The notes beneath the pieces were generated by a model. That model ran no database searches, was not told the origin of the DNA, and saw nothing but the letters and a program-made list of their open reading frames with translations. The position numbers and the translations under genes are program-made. Below are positions 7,337 to 17,380 of a stretch of DNA of 64,000 nucleotides, piece by piece. The first letter of the stretch is position 1. The number at the start of each line of letters is the position of its first letter. This DNA comes from Elusimicrobiota bacterium (lineage in GTDB: Bacteria; Elusimicrobiota; Elusimicrobia; F11), in the NCBI GenBank assembly GCA_044221725.1, contig JBGAON010000002.1, positions 32,001-96,000 on the forward strand, in the 5' to 3' direction.

Positions 7337-10300
7337 ATGAAAACACGAATTTTGGAATGGACGTTAAAAAATAGAATCGGAGTTACATTGTTTTTTGCGT
7401 TGGGAGCGGGAATTGGTCTTTATGCTCTCACCACGTTACCGGTAGATGCAGTGCCAGACATTACACCAGTGCAAGTCATGGTGAACACAAAAACCAAAGC
7501 GCTCGATCCTGAGCAAGCCGAGAAAACCGTTTCCTTCCCTATCGAAACTGAGATGAGTGGGATTGCGCACGTCAAAGAAGTCCGATCTCTTTCTAAGTAT
7601 GGGCTTTCTCAGGTCGTCATAAATTTTGAGGACGGCACAAATATTTACTGGGCGAGACAGCAAGTATCGGAACGGCTTCAAAGCGTTCAGGGTGAGTTGC
7701 CTGAAGGGTTATCGCCAGAGTTGGCTCCGATAACAACGGGACTGGGAGAAGTGGTGATGTATGTGGTTCAAGCAAAACCTGGGACCATTTTGGCGGAAAA
7801 GCCGGAAAAAGAACGGCTCCTATATCTCCGAACCATTCAGGATTTCGTTATTGCTCCTACCCTTAAAAGATCGGTTAAGAACGTGGCAGAAGTAGATTCA
7901 ACCGGTGGGTATAAAAAGGAAATTCACATCGAGATTTTCCCGAAAAAATTGGAAACACATGGCTTGAGCATTGAACAAGTGGTTGAACGCCTGGAAGGAC
8001 TTGGCGAGAATTTTGGAGGAGGTTACATTCAGCCTGGTGGTAAACAAGTGATTGTACGAACGTCAGGACGGCTCCATGATTTGAAAAGTATTGGCACTCT
8101 TTCCGTTAAATTAGACGTGAGCGGCAGGCCTATTCCACTTTCGAGCGTGGCGGAAATTCGTGAGGATTATTCTCAGCGAATGGGCGGCGCGACGTATGAC
8201 GGTAAAGAAACGGTCTTGGGAACCGTGCTGATGTTAAGCGGCGCAAACTCAAGACAAGTGGCGATAGATACCGAGCAAGCACTTAAGGATGTCGCTCTGC
8301 CTGCCGACGTAGAGACGAAGCTTCTCTACAGTCGAAGTTATCTCGTTAACGCGACCCTAAAAACCGTGGCGAAGAATTTGGCGGAAGGTGCCGCTCTTGT
8401 GATCGTGATTCTCCTTTTAATTTTGGGGAATTTCCGAGCGGCGGTGTTTGTGTCTTTGGCCATTCCATTGTCGATGTTATTTGGCGTGATAGGAATGAAA
8501 TGGTTGGGAATCTCAGCGAGTCTTATGAGTTTAGGTGCTGTAGATTTTGGACTTCTCGTGGATGGCGCAGTGGTCATGATTGAAAACGCTCTTCGTCGTT
8601 TGGAAGAGCATCAAGGGCCGCTTGATCATGAAAAGAGATTCAAACTGATTCTGGACTCGGCTTCCGAGGTGATCAAGCCAGTTGGTCTTGGCCTTCTCAT
8701 TATCATGCTTGTATATGTTCCGATCCTTTCGTTGGAAGGAATCGAAGGGAAGCTTTATCATCCGATGGCCGTCACGGTGCTGATGGCGCTCGGTGCATCG
8801 CTTCTCGTTGCCGTATTCCTCATGCCGGTTCTCGCTTACTTTTTCTTGCGTCCTCCCAAAGGCGGCGGAAAGGAAGAGAAATTTGTTTATCGATCCTTAA
8901 AAAACCTCTATCAGCCCGTTTTGGATCAGAGTTTGGCTCGGCCTTGGCTGGCATTAGTCCCTTCGATAATTCTTATCGTTGTTGCACTATTTATCTTTCA
9001 ACGACTGGGAGGAGATTTCATGCCGCCGCTTGATGAAGGCGACATGGTTATCAATCTAACGAGAGAGTCGGATATTGGTGTTGACGCATCTCTTGAAATG
9101 CAAGGAAAGAGTGATGCCGTGATCAAACAATTCAGCGAGGTAGAGCACGTTTTCTCGCGCATCGGAACGCCAGAATCAGCGACCGATCCGATGGGTGTAC
9201 ATCTTGCGGATACGTTCGTGATTCTTAAGAAGAACCATTCTCTATGGAAGAAAAATTCCGATGGAAAAGTTCGATCGAAAAAAGAACTTTACGATGCCAT
9301 TAAAGATGCGTTGGAAAAAGAAATCACTGGTCAAGATGTGAATGAAAACCAACCAATCGAAATGCGATTCAGTGAAATTATGGAAGGAAGCCGAGCGGAT
9401 GTCACATTAAGGATCTATGGGAAAGATCTTCCTGTCCTCCTTGGGTTGCTTGAGAAGTCGATCTCCATCCTCAAAGATGTTCCTGGAACAGAAGCAGTCG
9501 AGATGGACGCTTTGACGGCGCTCCGAAAAAGTCCTGTGTTAAGTGCTGAGCCGAATTACACGGCTATTGCTCGATATGGACTTGATGTTCATCATGTGAA
9601 CCGGCTCTTGGAAGCCGCGATGGGTGGAAAGGAAGTGGGAAGCTTCTACGAGCATCAATGGCGGTTTCCTATCGTTCTCCGAGTTGAAGAGGAAAGCCGT
9701 GAGAATATTGAAACCATTAAGTCTCTTCCAGTTGGATTGCCGGATGGAGGCACCATTCCGCTTCACAAAGTAGCCAACTTTGAACGGACGGAGGAAGTAA
9801 CCACCATCGCTCACGATTACTCACAGCGGTATGCCGCAGTGGCCGTGTTTCTTTCGGGGCGGGACATTCAAAGTTATGTAAAGGAAGCACGTAAGGTAAT
9901 TGGAGATAAATTGGATCTTCCCGAAGGGTACAGCATCAGTTGGGGTGGTCAATTTAAAAATCTCGAACGTGCTCGAAAACGCTTGGCTCTTATTGTGCCG
10001 CTGGTATTAATTGGGATACTTGTCATTCTCTGGCGTGCGTTCGGAAGTTTTTCACAGGCGATGCTAGTTTACACTGCTGTTCCGCTCGCGATGACTGGCG
10101 GCGTTTTCGCATTGGCGATGAGAGGCATTCCCTTGAGTGTTTCGGCATCCGTTGGATTTATCGCTCTAATGGGGATTGCGATTTTAAATAGCATGGTGCT
10201 TGTCAGCTTTTTCAATCAACTCCGATTAAAGGGTATGACCGCGCATCAATCCGCTAGAGAGGGAGCGTTAACACGATTGCGGCCTGTGGCGATGACGGCG

Positions 10301-10471
10301 CTTGTCGCCAGCCTTGGGTTTGTGCCGATGGCTTTGAATACCGGCATCGGTGCCGAAGTTCAACGCCCGTTGGCAACGGTTGTAATTGGCGGACTTGTAA
10401 CATCAACTTTGTTGACACTCATTCTAGTCCCTGCGCTTTATAAATTGTTTGGAGGAAAACAGCATGAATAA
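7337..10471 (+). CDS. CusA/CzcA heavy-metal RND efflux permease
   Basis: PVDAVPDIT, SLGAVDFGLLVDGAVVMIEN, RLRPVAMTALVASLGFVPMA. Confidence 0.95.
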   Translation: MKTRILEWTLKNRIGVTLFFALGAGIGLYALTTLPVDAVPDITPVQVMVNTKTKALDPEQAEKTVSFPIETEMSGIAHVKEVRSLSKYGLSQVVINFEDGTNIYWARQQVSERLQSVQGELPEGLSPELAPITTGLGEVVMYVVQAKPGTILAEKPEKERLLYLRTIQDFVIAPTLKRSVKNVAEVDSTGGYKKEIHIEIFPKKLETHGLSIEQVVERLEGLGENFGGGYIQPGGKQVIVRTSGRLHDLKSIGTLSVKLDVSGRPIPLSSVAEIREDYSQRMGGATYDGKETVLGTVLMLSGANSRQVAIDTEQALKDVALPADVETKLLYSRSYLVNATLKTVAKNLAEGAALVIVILLLILGNFRAAVFVSLAIPLSMLFGVIGMKWLGISASLMSLGAVDFGLLVDGAVVMIENALRRLEEHQGPLDHEKRFKLILDSASEVIKPVGLGLLIIMLVYVPILSLEGIEGKLYHPMAVTVLMALGASLLVAVFLMPVLAYFFLRPPKGGGKEEKFVYRSLKNLYQPVLDQSLARPWLALVPSIILIVVALFIFQRLGGDFMPPLDEGDMVINLTRESDIGVDASLEMQGKSDAVIKQFSEVEHVFSRIGTPESATDPMGVHLADTFVILKKNHSLWKKNSDGKVRSKKELYDAIKDALEKEITGQDVNENQPIEMRFSEIMEGSRADVTLRIYGKDLPVLLGLLEKSISILKDVPGTEAVEMDALTALRKSPVLSAEPNYTAIARYGLDVHHVNRLLEAAMGGKEVGSFYEHQWRFPIVLRVEEESRENIETIKSLPVGLPDGGTIPLHKVANFERTEEVTTIAHDYSQRYAAVAVFLSGRDIQSYVKEARKVIGDKLDLPEGYSISWGGQFKNLERARKRLALIVPLVLIGILVILWRAFGSFSQAMLVYTAVPLAMTGGVFALAMRGIPLSVSASVGFIALMGIAILNSMVLVSFFNQLRLKGMTAHQSAREGALTRLRPVAMTALVASLGFVPMALNTGIGAEVQRPLATVVIGGLVTSTLLTLILVPALYKLFGGKQHE

Positions 10472-10889
10472 TTGGATTCTTTATGCAGTAGGAGCCGCCG
10501 TTCTTTATGGGCTCCATCAAGTCTTCACAAAATTAGCATCACCCCACATCGGCGATGGTGTTGGAGGTTTTATTGTGGAGGCGACGGCGGCACTTACTAT
10601 TGCCGTTTATTTAATTGGGCTAAAGCTTGCTGGGAAGTGGGATCAGGGAATTTCAACACAAGGAATTGCATATTCGGCGTTGACCGGCCTTTGCGTTGGG
10701 GTCGGGACCATTTTCTTTTTCCTGCTTTTTCAAAAGGGCGGGCCGTTGTCCGCAGTTCCCATGGTTCTGGCCGGAGGAGCAGCGATCATGGCCATTATCG
10801 GTATTGTCTTTTTTAAAGAACCAGTTAGCATGTTTCGGGTTGCCGGAATTGGTTTTGCCGTGGTTGGTTTGGTTCTTTTACGTTATTAA
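10464..10889 (+). CDS. EamA/DMT-family small transporter
   Basis: About 140 aa, five hydrophobic segments, FFKEPVS...GI motif. Confidence 0.75.
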   Translation: MNNWILYAVGAAVLYGLHQVFTKLASPHIGDGVGGFIVEATAALTIAVYLIGLKLAGKWDQGISTQGIAYSALTGLCVGVGTIFFFLLFQKGGPLSAVPMVLAGGAAIMAIIGIVFFKEPVSMFRVAGIGFAVVGLVLLRY

Positions 10890-10894
10890 ATCCG

Positions 10895-11125
10895 ATGGAT
10901 AATCTCACTCTTTTTGGCCTATTCGCGGTTTCATCCATGCTTATATGTTATGCGCTTGAGAAGCGCAGTCCATGGTTTATCCTGGGATTCGCCGTTGCCT
11001 GTGCGTTGGGGTCGATTTATGGATTTCTTCAGGGGGCCTGGCCGTTTGGAGTCGTAGAAGCGATATGGTCGGTCGTTGCAATGAAACGATGGTGGTCGAC
11101 TAAGAGGACTGGTACTGATCAGTAA
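10895..11125 (+). CDS. Small membrane protein of unknown function
   Basis: 76 aa hydrophobic ORF (GAWPFGVVEAIW). Its stop codon lies inside the junction motif. Confidence 0.7.
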   Translation: MDNLTLFGLFAVSSMLICYALEKRSPWFILGFAVACALGSIYGFLQGAWPFGVVEAIWSVVAMKRWWSTKRTGTDQ

Positions 11126-11236
11126 TCCGATTATTGTCGAAATACGGTACTGAAATTCCCATCGAAAACCTCTCGAATTTCGCTACAACCAATGCGTGGG
11201 GTAAATCAGCTCGGTAGCACTCAAAGTCACTAAGCT
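11115..11236 (+). repeat. Degenerate copy of the tRNA-fMet upstream region, promoter and 5' half
   Basis: 11117-11236 aligns without gaps to 12677-12796 at offset 1560, about 76/120 identical by hand count, with the first 14 nt exact. Confidence 0.75.
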
Positions 11237-11250
11237 ATTATTTTATCGCG

Positions 11251-11709
11251 CTAGCAGCATCCGCTGCCGGACTTAATCGGTATCGCACCAGCCTTAGGTT
11301 GCCCACACGCCTCTTTGGCCAAGCAATCAGTATGTTTGTACCCAAGTTGCAGAACGACTTCTGCCTCCGTCACCTTGGCTCCAGTTACCGGATATTGGGA
11401 AATAACACCGCGCTCATACTCTACTTCGAGCGGAAGCTGATCCACTGGGATGATGCTCTCGGATAGCTTAAGGATTTTGCCGAGCTTGGCAGAGGAGAGT
11501 CTGTGATCGACGTCGGAACCGAGCCAAGTTTGAAGAACGCATGCCGTAGTCGATCGAGCCTTTCCGCCGCAATCGATAAACGTTTTCGTCACTTGCCCAA
11601 CTTCGGTTACATGGAATGATTCGGGGACACTTGTGCCATCGTTGAGTTGAATCCGTAACGCTCGATCTGGAATTTCTGAAAGGAGTATCTTCAATTCATT
11701 TAATTGCAT
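11251..11709 (-). CDS. DUF6428-like protein (ars/metal-associated)
   Basis: FHVTEVG...FIDCGG, KHTDCLAKEAC, C-terminal GCC. Confidence 0.8.
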   Translation of the reverse strand: MQLNELKILLSEIPDRALRIQLNDGTSVPESFHVTEVGQVTKTFIDCGGKARSTTACVLQTWLGSDVDHRLSSAKLGKILKLSESIIPVDQLPLEVEYERGVISQYPVTGAKVTEAEVVLQLGYKHTDCLAKEACGQPKAGAIPIKSGSGCC

Positions 11710-11711
11710 GG

Positions 11712-12170
11712 TTATTTGCCTCCCACCGGAACTCCGCTACTGATCATCTTGATGAATTCGATGACCTTCGCCTCAATTTCCTTGCGCACTCCGATTGTGC
11801 GGGTCAATTTTTCCTCGTGAGTTCCTTGGAAGCTCGATGGGTCCGCAAAACTCCAATGGATGCGTTTCGTGACCCCTGGGAATATAGGGCATCGCTCGGC
11901 GCTTGTTTCATCGCATACCGTGATGACATAGTGAAGCATCCTGCCTTCCTTAAACAAATCAAACACCCTTTTGGTTGGGTTCTTAGAAATATCGATCCCT
12001 ATATCGGCCATGGCCTCGATAGCGAGAGGATTTAGCTTACCTGGCTCAAGGCCAGCGCTTTCCACTTCAAAATCATCACCGCCAAATTTCTTAAGTAGCG
12101 CCTCTGCCATTTGGCTTCGCGCAGAGTTGTGAATACAGACAAACAGAACCTTCGTTTTCTTTTTTTGCAT
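11712..12170 (-). CDS. arsC: Arsenate reductase, LMW-PTPase family
   Basis: FVCIHNSARSQMAE, ITVCD...CPIFPG, HWSFADP; GGAGGAG RBS before ATG 12170. Confidence 0.9.
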   Translation of the reverse strand: MQKKKTKVLFVCIHNSARSQMAEALLKKFGGDDFEVESAGLEPGKLNPLAIEAMADIGIDISKNPTKRVFDLFKEGRMLHYVITVCDETSAERCPIFPGVTKRIHWSFADPSSFQGTHEEKLTRTIGVRKEIEAKVIEFIKMISSGVPVGGK

Positions 12171-12204
12171 AGCTCCTCCTAAATTAACCGCCATCGACAC
12201 CGTC

Positions 12205-12224
12205 ATATTCGCTTACACAGATAT
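12205..12224. promoter_or_regulatory. Second, imperfect ArsR-type operator upstream of arsC
   Basis: ATATTCG-N6-CAGATAT resembles the box at 12589-12608. Confidence 0.5.
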
Positions 12225-12242
12225 ACTCATCAAAAAAAGGGG

Positions 12243-12590
12243 TTAGCAGCATCCGAACTTCCGGCAATCCAAACCTTTTAAAATCTTTTTGTCCTTCGCG
12301 AAGATCGGCGCATCTTCCAAACAGTCGCCGATGCAGGCCAACAGACCCTTATGAAAGGTTCCAGTGGGTTTGGCCAATGAGTAGTAAATCCATTGGCCTT
12401 CCCGCGTGGTTTCAACCAGTCCGTGCCGGCGTAGATAGGCCAGGTGACGTGAAATTTTAGGCTGGGGTGCCTTAATGACGGACATGATGTCGCAGACACA
12501 AAGCTGGCCGTTTGAGAGTAGACTCAAAATACGGAGGCGAGTCTCATCAGCGAAAGCTTTTAGAAGGTTGTTTGGGGAATCGTTGCTCAT
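12243..12590 (-). CDS. arsR: ArsR/SmtB family metalloregulator
   Basis: ADETRLRIL, LCVCD, QPKISRHLAYLR, C-terminal C...GCC. Confidence 0.92.
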   Translation of the reverse strand: MSNDSPNNLLKAFADETRLRILSLLSNGQLCVCDIMSVIKAPQPKISRHLAYLRRHGLVETTREGQWIYYSLAKPTGTFHKGLLACIGDCLEDAPIFAKDKKILKGLDCRKFGCC

Positions 12591-12608
12591 ATTCGTTTAG
12601 GCGAATAT
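12589..12608. promoter_or_regulatory. ArsR-type operator
   Basis: Palindrome ATATTCG-N6-CGAATAT overlapping the arsR start codon. Confidence 0.7.
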
Positions 12609-12674
12609 ACAAATCCAACATTAAAGAGGCAAGATCGGTTATTTGGCTACCATTAGCTGCTTTTCGAGGCATTC

Positions 12675-12694
12675 CCGATCAGTAATCCGATCAG
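12675..12694 (+). repeat. 20-bp tandem motif CCGATCAG-TAAT-CCGATCAG
   Basis: Direct repeat of an 8-mer; related copies at 11115, 18108 and, inverted, at 2306. Confidence 0.7.
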
Positions 12695-12720
12695 TCGCAA
12701 AATCACCTTCGAAAAACCTC

Positions 12721-12749
12721 CTCGAAAGTGACTCAAAATAAATTACAAT
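12721..12749 (+). promoter_or_regulatory. Probable sigma70 promoter of the tRNA
   Basis: CTCGAA-N17-TACAAT, 5 nt before the tRNA 5' end. Confidence 0.5.
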
Positions 12750-12754
12750 CAGTC

Positions 12755-12831
<77 letters not shown>

Positions 12832-12842
12832 TTTCCAAAAGG

Positions 12843-13010
12843 GTCCTGCCCGAGCCTGGCGGTAACAGAAAGTACCGATCACATGGGTTACACTATTTTC
12901 GCAGCGAAGGGATACGGTAGCGGCTCGAACCTTCTGCTCGTTTCATCAAAGTAGCCCAGATCATACTCCATAAAGCTGACCAACCAGATTCTGTCCCGAA
13001 CTTCGGGTGC
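12843..13010 (-). mobile_element. IS481-family remnant (transposase C-terminus plus degenerate end)
   Basis: EVRDRIWLVSFMEYDLGYFD...EPLPYPF resembles IS481 transposase tails. The minus strand then reads TGTAACCCATGT...TGTTACC, like IS481 end repeats. Confidence 0.7.
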
Positions 13011-13125
13011 GGACGTTGTGTATTGAACTCTTCGATATGTTCTCTCGAAACCTCGAAGGAGTTTGCCGTTGACGTTGTATCCAACCCGACTCTTATCCGA
13101 CATAAGAGCTGGTATAATTAGCCCA

Positions 13126-13713
13126 ATGGAGAAAATAAAAGATTCCTATTCACGATCACCCAAAAAAGAGAAAGCGGCTTCGCCTCTCTCCAAAGTTGTG
13201 GTCGATAACCATAATCGGTTCCTTTCTTATCTCGCCAGCCGCGTTGAAAGCCGAGAAGCTGCAGAAGAAATCCTTCAGGCCGCTTACCTAAAAGGGCTCG
13301 AACGAGAGGGAACGTTAAAAGATACCGAAAAGATCACAGCTTGGTTTTTCCGTGTTCTTAAGAACGCTTTGACCGATTCCTATCGCCACAAAGCGGCAGA
13401 GAAGCGCGCCATAGAAAGGTACGGGTCCGGAACGGAACGAAATCAAATCCAAAGAGACCACGATCTAGAGAAAAATGTTTGCAAATGTATAAACCGAGTC
13501 ATGAAAACATTGAAACCGGAATACGCAGATGTACTTCAGAAAGCCGAAGTAGAAGATAAAAGCATAAAAGACCTCGCCTTCAAATCAGGAACATCACCCA
13601 CCAATATCAGTGTCCGATTACATCGTGCTCGTGCCAGCCTTAAAGAAAAGGTCCTTGAGACTTGCGGCGCCTGCGTGGACCACGGCTGCCTCAACTGCAC
13701 CTGTAAACACTAG
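13126..13713 (+). CDS. ECF sigma factor with Cys-rich C-terminus
   Basis: AEEILQ, WFFRVLKN, VRLHRARASLK; CKC and CGACVDHGCLNCTC. Confidence 0.88.
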   Translation: MEKIKDSYSRSPKKEKAASPLSKVVVDNHNRFLSYLASRVESREAAEEILQAAYLKGLEREGTLKDTEKITAWFFRVLKNALTDSYRHKAAEKRAIERYGSGTERNQIQRDHDLEKNVCKCINRVMKTLKPEYADVLQKAEVEDKSIKDLAFKSGTSPTNISVRLHRARASLKEKVLETCGACVDHGCLNCTCKH

Positions 13714-13714
13714 C

Positions 13715-13740
13715 TGTAAGGTTTTTGAATCTCATACGTC
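13715..13740 (+). promoter_or_regulatory. Candidate ECF-type promoter for copA
   Basis: TGTAAG-N16-CGTC immediately after the sigma gene. Confidence 0.55.
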
Positions 13741-13781
13741 TCTATTGGTGAAAGGCCAAAAAGGGCCGCCAAGGAGAATAT

Positions 13782-15998
13782 ATGAACCACAGTGAAACAA
13801 TCGAAAGACACGTAGTAAAAGAGGATCCCCGGTACGGTTCGTGCTGCGGATCACATCACCATAAGGAGAGCTCTGAATTGTTCGGAAACAAAGGAGCAAT
13901 CTATACCTGCCCAATGCATCCGGAGGTCCGCCAGAACGGTCCTGGTTCATGCCCAAAATGCGGCATGGCCCTGGAACCGCTGGACGGGACGACCTCAACC
14001 GCCGATGAAAGCTCCAATTCAGAATACCGAAGCATGTTGCACCGCTTCTGGGCAAGCCTCGTGCTGACGGTCCCTGTTATTGTGACAGCGATGGCTGAGA
14101 TGATTCCGCGCTTTGAGCATGTCGCGTCTTCAACGGGTGTTTCCTGGTTACAAATGGCGCTGACAACACCCGTGGTCTTGTGGTGCGGCTTGCCGTTTTT
14201 TCAACGAGGTTGGAGTTCGATTAAAAACCGAAGCCTAAACATGTTCACACTAATCGCCTTGGGTATTTCCACAGCTTTCGGGTTTAGCGTTGCGGCTATA
14301 TTTTTTCCAAACGTGTTTCCAGAATCCCTCCATGTGCACGGACGAGTTCCAGTTTATTTTGAGGCGGCAGCAGTCATCACGACACTTGTTCTTCTTGGAC
14401 AAGTCCTCGAGCTTCGTGCGCGAAGCAATACAAGCAGTGCGATTAAGGCTTTGCTGCAACTTGCACCCACGACAGCCCGCGTGGTGCGGAATGATAAAGA
14501 AGAGGATATTGATCTAGCCCATATTCAAGTTGGAGACGTATTGCGTGTTCGGCCCGGTGAGAAAGTGCCGGCGGACGGAAAAATCTCTGACGGCCAAAGC
14601 TTCGTCGATGAATCGATGTTGACCGGCGAATCAATACCAGTTGAAAAGAAATCTGGTGACAAAATCACTGGTGGAACGATTAATCAGACTGGCTCTTTTC
14701 TGATGCGAGCGGAGCGCGTTGGGAATGAAACTCTTCTGGCACAAATCGTGAAAATGGTTTCAGAAGCGCAGAGAACAAAAGCTCCTATTCAGCATCTAGC
14801 GGATGTTGTTTCTGGTTATTTTGTACCGATCGTGATCTTGGTGGCCGTCATCACCGCAGTGGTATGGGCGATGTTTGGGCCCGAACCCCGACTTGCTTAT
14901 GCATTAGTAAATGCGATTGCTGTTGTGATTATCGCGTGCCCATGTGCGTTGGGTCTCGCAACTCCGATTTCAATTATGGTCGGCACCGGCCGCGGTGCAC
15001 AGGCCGGCATCCTGATCAAGAACGCAGAGGCGTTGGAAAGACTTGAGAAGGTGAATACGCTCGTTGTCGATAAAACGGGAACGTTAACGGAAGGAAAACC
15101 AAGACTCGTATCTATTGAACCAAATTCTCCGTTCAGTGAGTCGGAGCTGTTGAAACTAACAGCCAGTGTTGAGCAAGGGAGCGAACATCCGTTGGCCCGC
15201 GCCATCGTTCAGGCGGCCAGAGAACGGACCGTGACACTGGCACCAGTATCGGGATTCCATTCTGTGACTGGAAAGGGCGTCATGGGCGAAGTGGAGAGCC
15301 GAAAAGTTCACATCGGAAGCGGAATCCTGTCTCACGTAGCCAATCGGAGCAATGCACAAAAGATTGCATCACTACGAAAGCAGGGACAAACAGTTATCGG
15401 TGTCGCGGTCGATGGAAAATTTGCTGGCCTTATCGGTGTCGCCGACAAGATCAAAGAATCCACTTTCGAGGCATTAGACACATTACGGAAATCGGATATT
15501 CGCATCATGATGCTAACGGGTGATAACCGCGCAACAGCGGAAGCCGTCGCTCACCAAATCGGTATCAGTGAAATTGAAGCCGAAGTGCTTCCGCAAGACA
15601 AAGCGAGTGTCATCAAGAAGCTGCAATCTCAAGGCCGAGTGGTGGCGATGGCTGGTGATGGTGTTAACGACGCTCCGGCGTTGGCTCAGGCTGATGTTGG
15701 AATTGCGATGGGTTCGGGAACTGACGTCGCTATTCAAAGCGCAGATGTCACGTTGGTTAAGGGTGATTTGCGTGGCATTGCCCGTGCACGGAAATTAAGC
15801 GAAGCGACAATGAGGAGCATAAGACAGAACTTATTCTTCGCTTTTATCTACAACGTTTTAGGTGTTCCTGTGGCGGCGGGTGTGCTTTATCCGTTTACGG
15901 GTCTGTTGCTCAGCCCGATGATAGCAGCCGCCGCTATGACTTTTAGCTCTGTCTCTGTAATCGCAAACGCACTGCGGCTGCGCAAAATTTCACTTTAA
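13782..15998 (+). CDS. copA: Copper-translocating P1B-type ATPase
   Basis: [40 protein letters not shown] and MxxSS motifs. Confidence 0.95.
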   Translation: MNHSETIERHVVKEDPRYGSCCGSHHHKESSELFGNKGAIYTCPMHPEVRQNGPGSCPKCGMALEPLDGTTSTADESSNSEYRSMLHRFWASLVLTVPVIVTAMAEMIPRFEHVASSTGVSWLQMALTTPVVLWCGLPFFQRGWSSIKNRSLNMFTLIALGISTAFGFSVAAIFFPNVFPESLHVHGRVPVYFEAAAVITTLVLLGQVLELRARSNTSSAIKALLQLAPTTARVVRNDKEEDIDLAHIQVGDVLRVRPGEKVPADGKISDGQSFVDESMLTGESIPVEKKSGDKITGGTINQTGSFLMRAERVGNETLLAQIVKMVSEAQRTKAPIQHLADVVSGYFVPIVILVAVITAVVWAMFGPEPRLAYALVNAIAVVIIACPCALGLATPISIMVGTGRGAQAGILIKNAEALERLEKVNTLVVDKTGTLTEGKPRLVSIEPNSPFSESELLKLTASVEQGSEHPLARAIVQAARERTVTLAPVSGFHSVTGKGVMGEVESRKVHIGSGILSHVANRSNAQKIASLRKQGQTVIGVAVDGKFAGLIGVADKIKESTFEALDTLRKSDIRIMMLTGDNRATAEAVAHQIGISEIEAEVLPQDKASVIKKLQSQGRVVAMAGDGVNDAPALAQADVGIAMGSGTDVAIQSADVTLVKGDLRGIARARKLSEATMRSIRQNLFFAFIYNVLGVPVAAGVLYPFTGLLLSPMIAAAAMTFSSVSVIANALRLRKISL

Positions 15999-16010
15999 GG
16001 AAGAACAATC

Positions 16011-17309
16011 ATGAAAAAATTGTTTGCTCAAGTTATCGCTTTAGGTCTCACAAGCTCAATCGTCTATGGACAAGACCATAGCGAACATCACCAGCACCAA
16101 GGTCATGAGATGGGAAGCATATCCATGAGCGGCATGTACGGGTCTTATCCAATGACGAGAGAGGCATCCGGCACCGCCTGGGTTCCGGATTCAAGTCCTC
16201 ATGAAGGTTTACACTACATGGCTGGTCCATGGATGTTGATGCTTCATGGATTTGCAACTCAGGTTTACGACCACCAAGGAGGACCACGAGGCGATAACAA
16301 GAATTTCTTAGAGAGCATGTTTATGATGATGGCACAGCGGGAACTTGGTCCCGGCACGCTTGGATTTCGCACCATGCTTTCATTGGACCCAGCCATGGGA
16401 GAGAATGGCTATCCGTTGCTCTTTCAGACGGGTGAAACGGCTGATGGCGAGCATCATCTTATCGACCGACAGCATCCGCATGATCTGTTTATGGAACTCG
16501 CCCTTTCGTACAATTTGAAGTTAAGCGATACGAATTCAGTTTTCGTTTACGGCGGGTTGCCCGGTGAACCCGCATTGGGTCCAGCAACCTTTATGCACCG
16601 CTTCTCTGGGCTAGACAACCCAGAAGCACCAATCACGCATCATTGGTTGGATTCGACTCACATTACCTTCGGCGTGTTGACGCTGGGTTACGTGTATGAC
16701 AAAGCAAAATTAGAGGTCTCAGGTTTTAAGGGACGGGAACCAGATGAGAACCGGTGGAACATAGAATCGCCACGGATCGACTCTTATTCATACCGCTTCA
16801 CCTGGAATCCCTATCGCGATTGGTCAGGGCAAGTGAGCTACGGAAACATACATAGCCCGGAACAACTGGAGCCAGACGTTGATACGGAGAGGGTCACCGC
16901 ATCGATCGCCTATAACCGGTCCTTCGGAAAAAATAATTGGCAGACCACTGCGGCGTGGGGTCAGAACAAGAATGAAGACCATCATTTCGAAGCGCATTCC
17001 GAACGACTTGATGCCTATTTGGTGGAGTCCGCGCTGTCAGTCAACCGAAAACACACGTTTTTCGGCCGAGCCGAGACGGCGGAGAAGAACGAACTCTTTA
17101 ACGAAGAAGAGCCGCGTGCTGGAAATGTTTACGACGTAGGAAAGCTAAGCCTGGGATATATCTACGATTTTCTGAACCTTAGCTTTGGCGAGATCGGCGT
17201 CGGTGGCCTTGGAAGTGTTTACAGCGTGCCATCCGCAATTCGAGACGTGTACGGCGACTCGCCCACCTCTTACATGTTGTTTGTACGAGCGAAATTGGGA
17301 GCTGGATAA
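16011..17309 (+). CDS. His/Met-rich secreted protein, probable outer-membrane beta-barrel
   Basis: Signal peptide, HSEHHQHQGHEM, amphipathic strand pattern; 12 nt after copA. Confidence 0.7.
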   Translation: MKKLFAQVIALGLTSSIVYGQDHSEHHQHQGHEMGSISMSGMYGSYPMTREASGTAWVPDSSPHEGLHYMAGPWMLMLHGFATQVYDHQGGPRGDNKNFLESMFMMMAQRELGPGTLGFRTMLSLDPAMGENGYPLLFQTGETADGEHHLIDRQHPHDLFMELALSYNLKLSDTNSVFVYGGLPGEPALGPATFMHRFSGLDNPEAPITHHWLDSTHITFGVLTLGYVYDKAKLEVSGFKGREPDENRWNIESPRIDSYSYRFTWNPYRDWSGQVSYGNIHSPEQLEPDVDTERVTASIAYNRSFGKNNWQTTAAWGQNKNEDHHFEAHSERLDAYLVESALSVNRKHTFFGRAETAEKNELFNEEEPRAGNVYDVGKLSLGYIYDFLNLSFGEIGVGGLGSVYSVPSAIRDVYGDSPTSYMLFVRAKLGAG

Positions 17310-17380
17310 ATTATCAATATGATCTCGGTCATAGTTGTGGTTGGCGAGTAGTGGTAACTATAGAGTAAAGGGAGAAATCC

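Noticed and set aside
12888..13103. 71-aa ORF as a functional gene
   Set aside because: Only its C-terminal half resembles a transposase tail; treated as an IS remnant.
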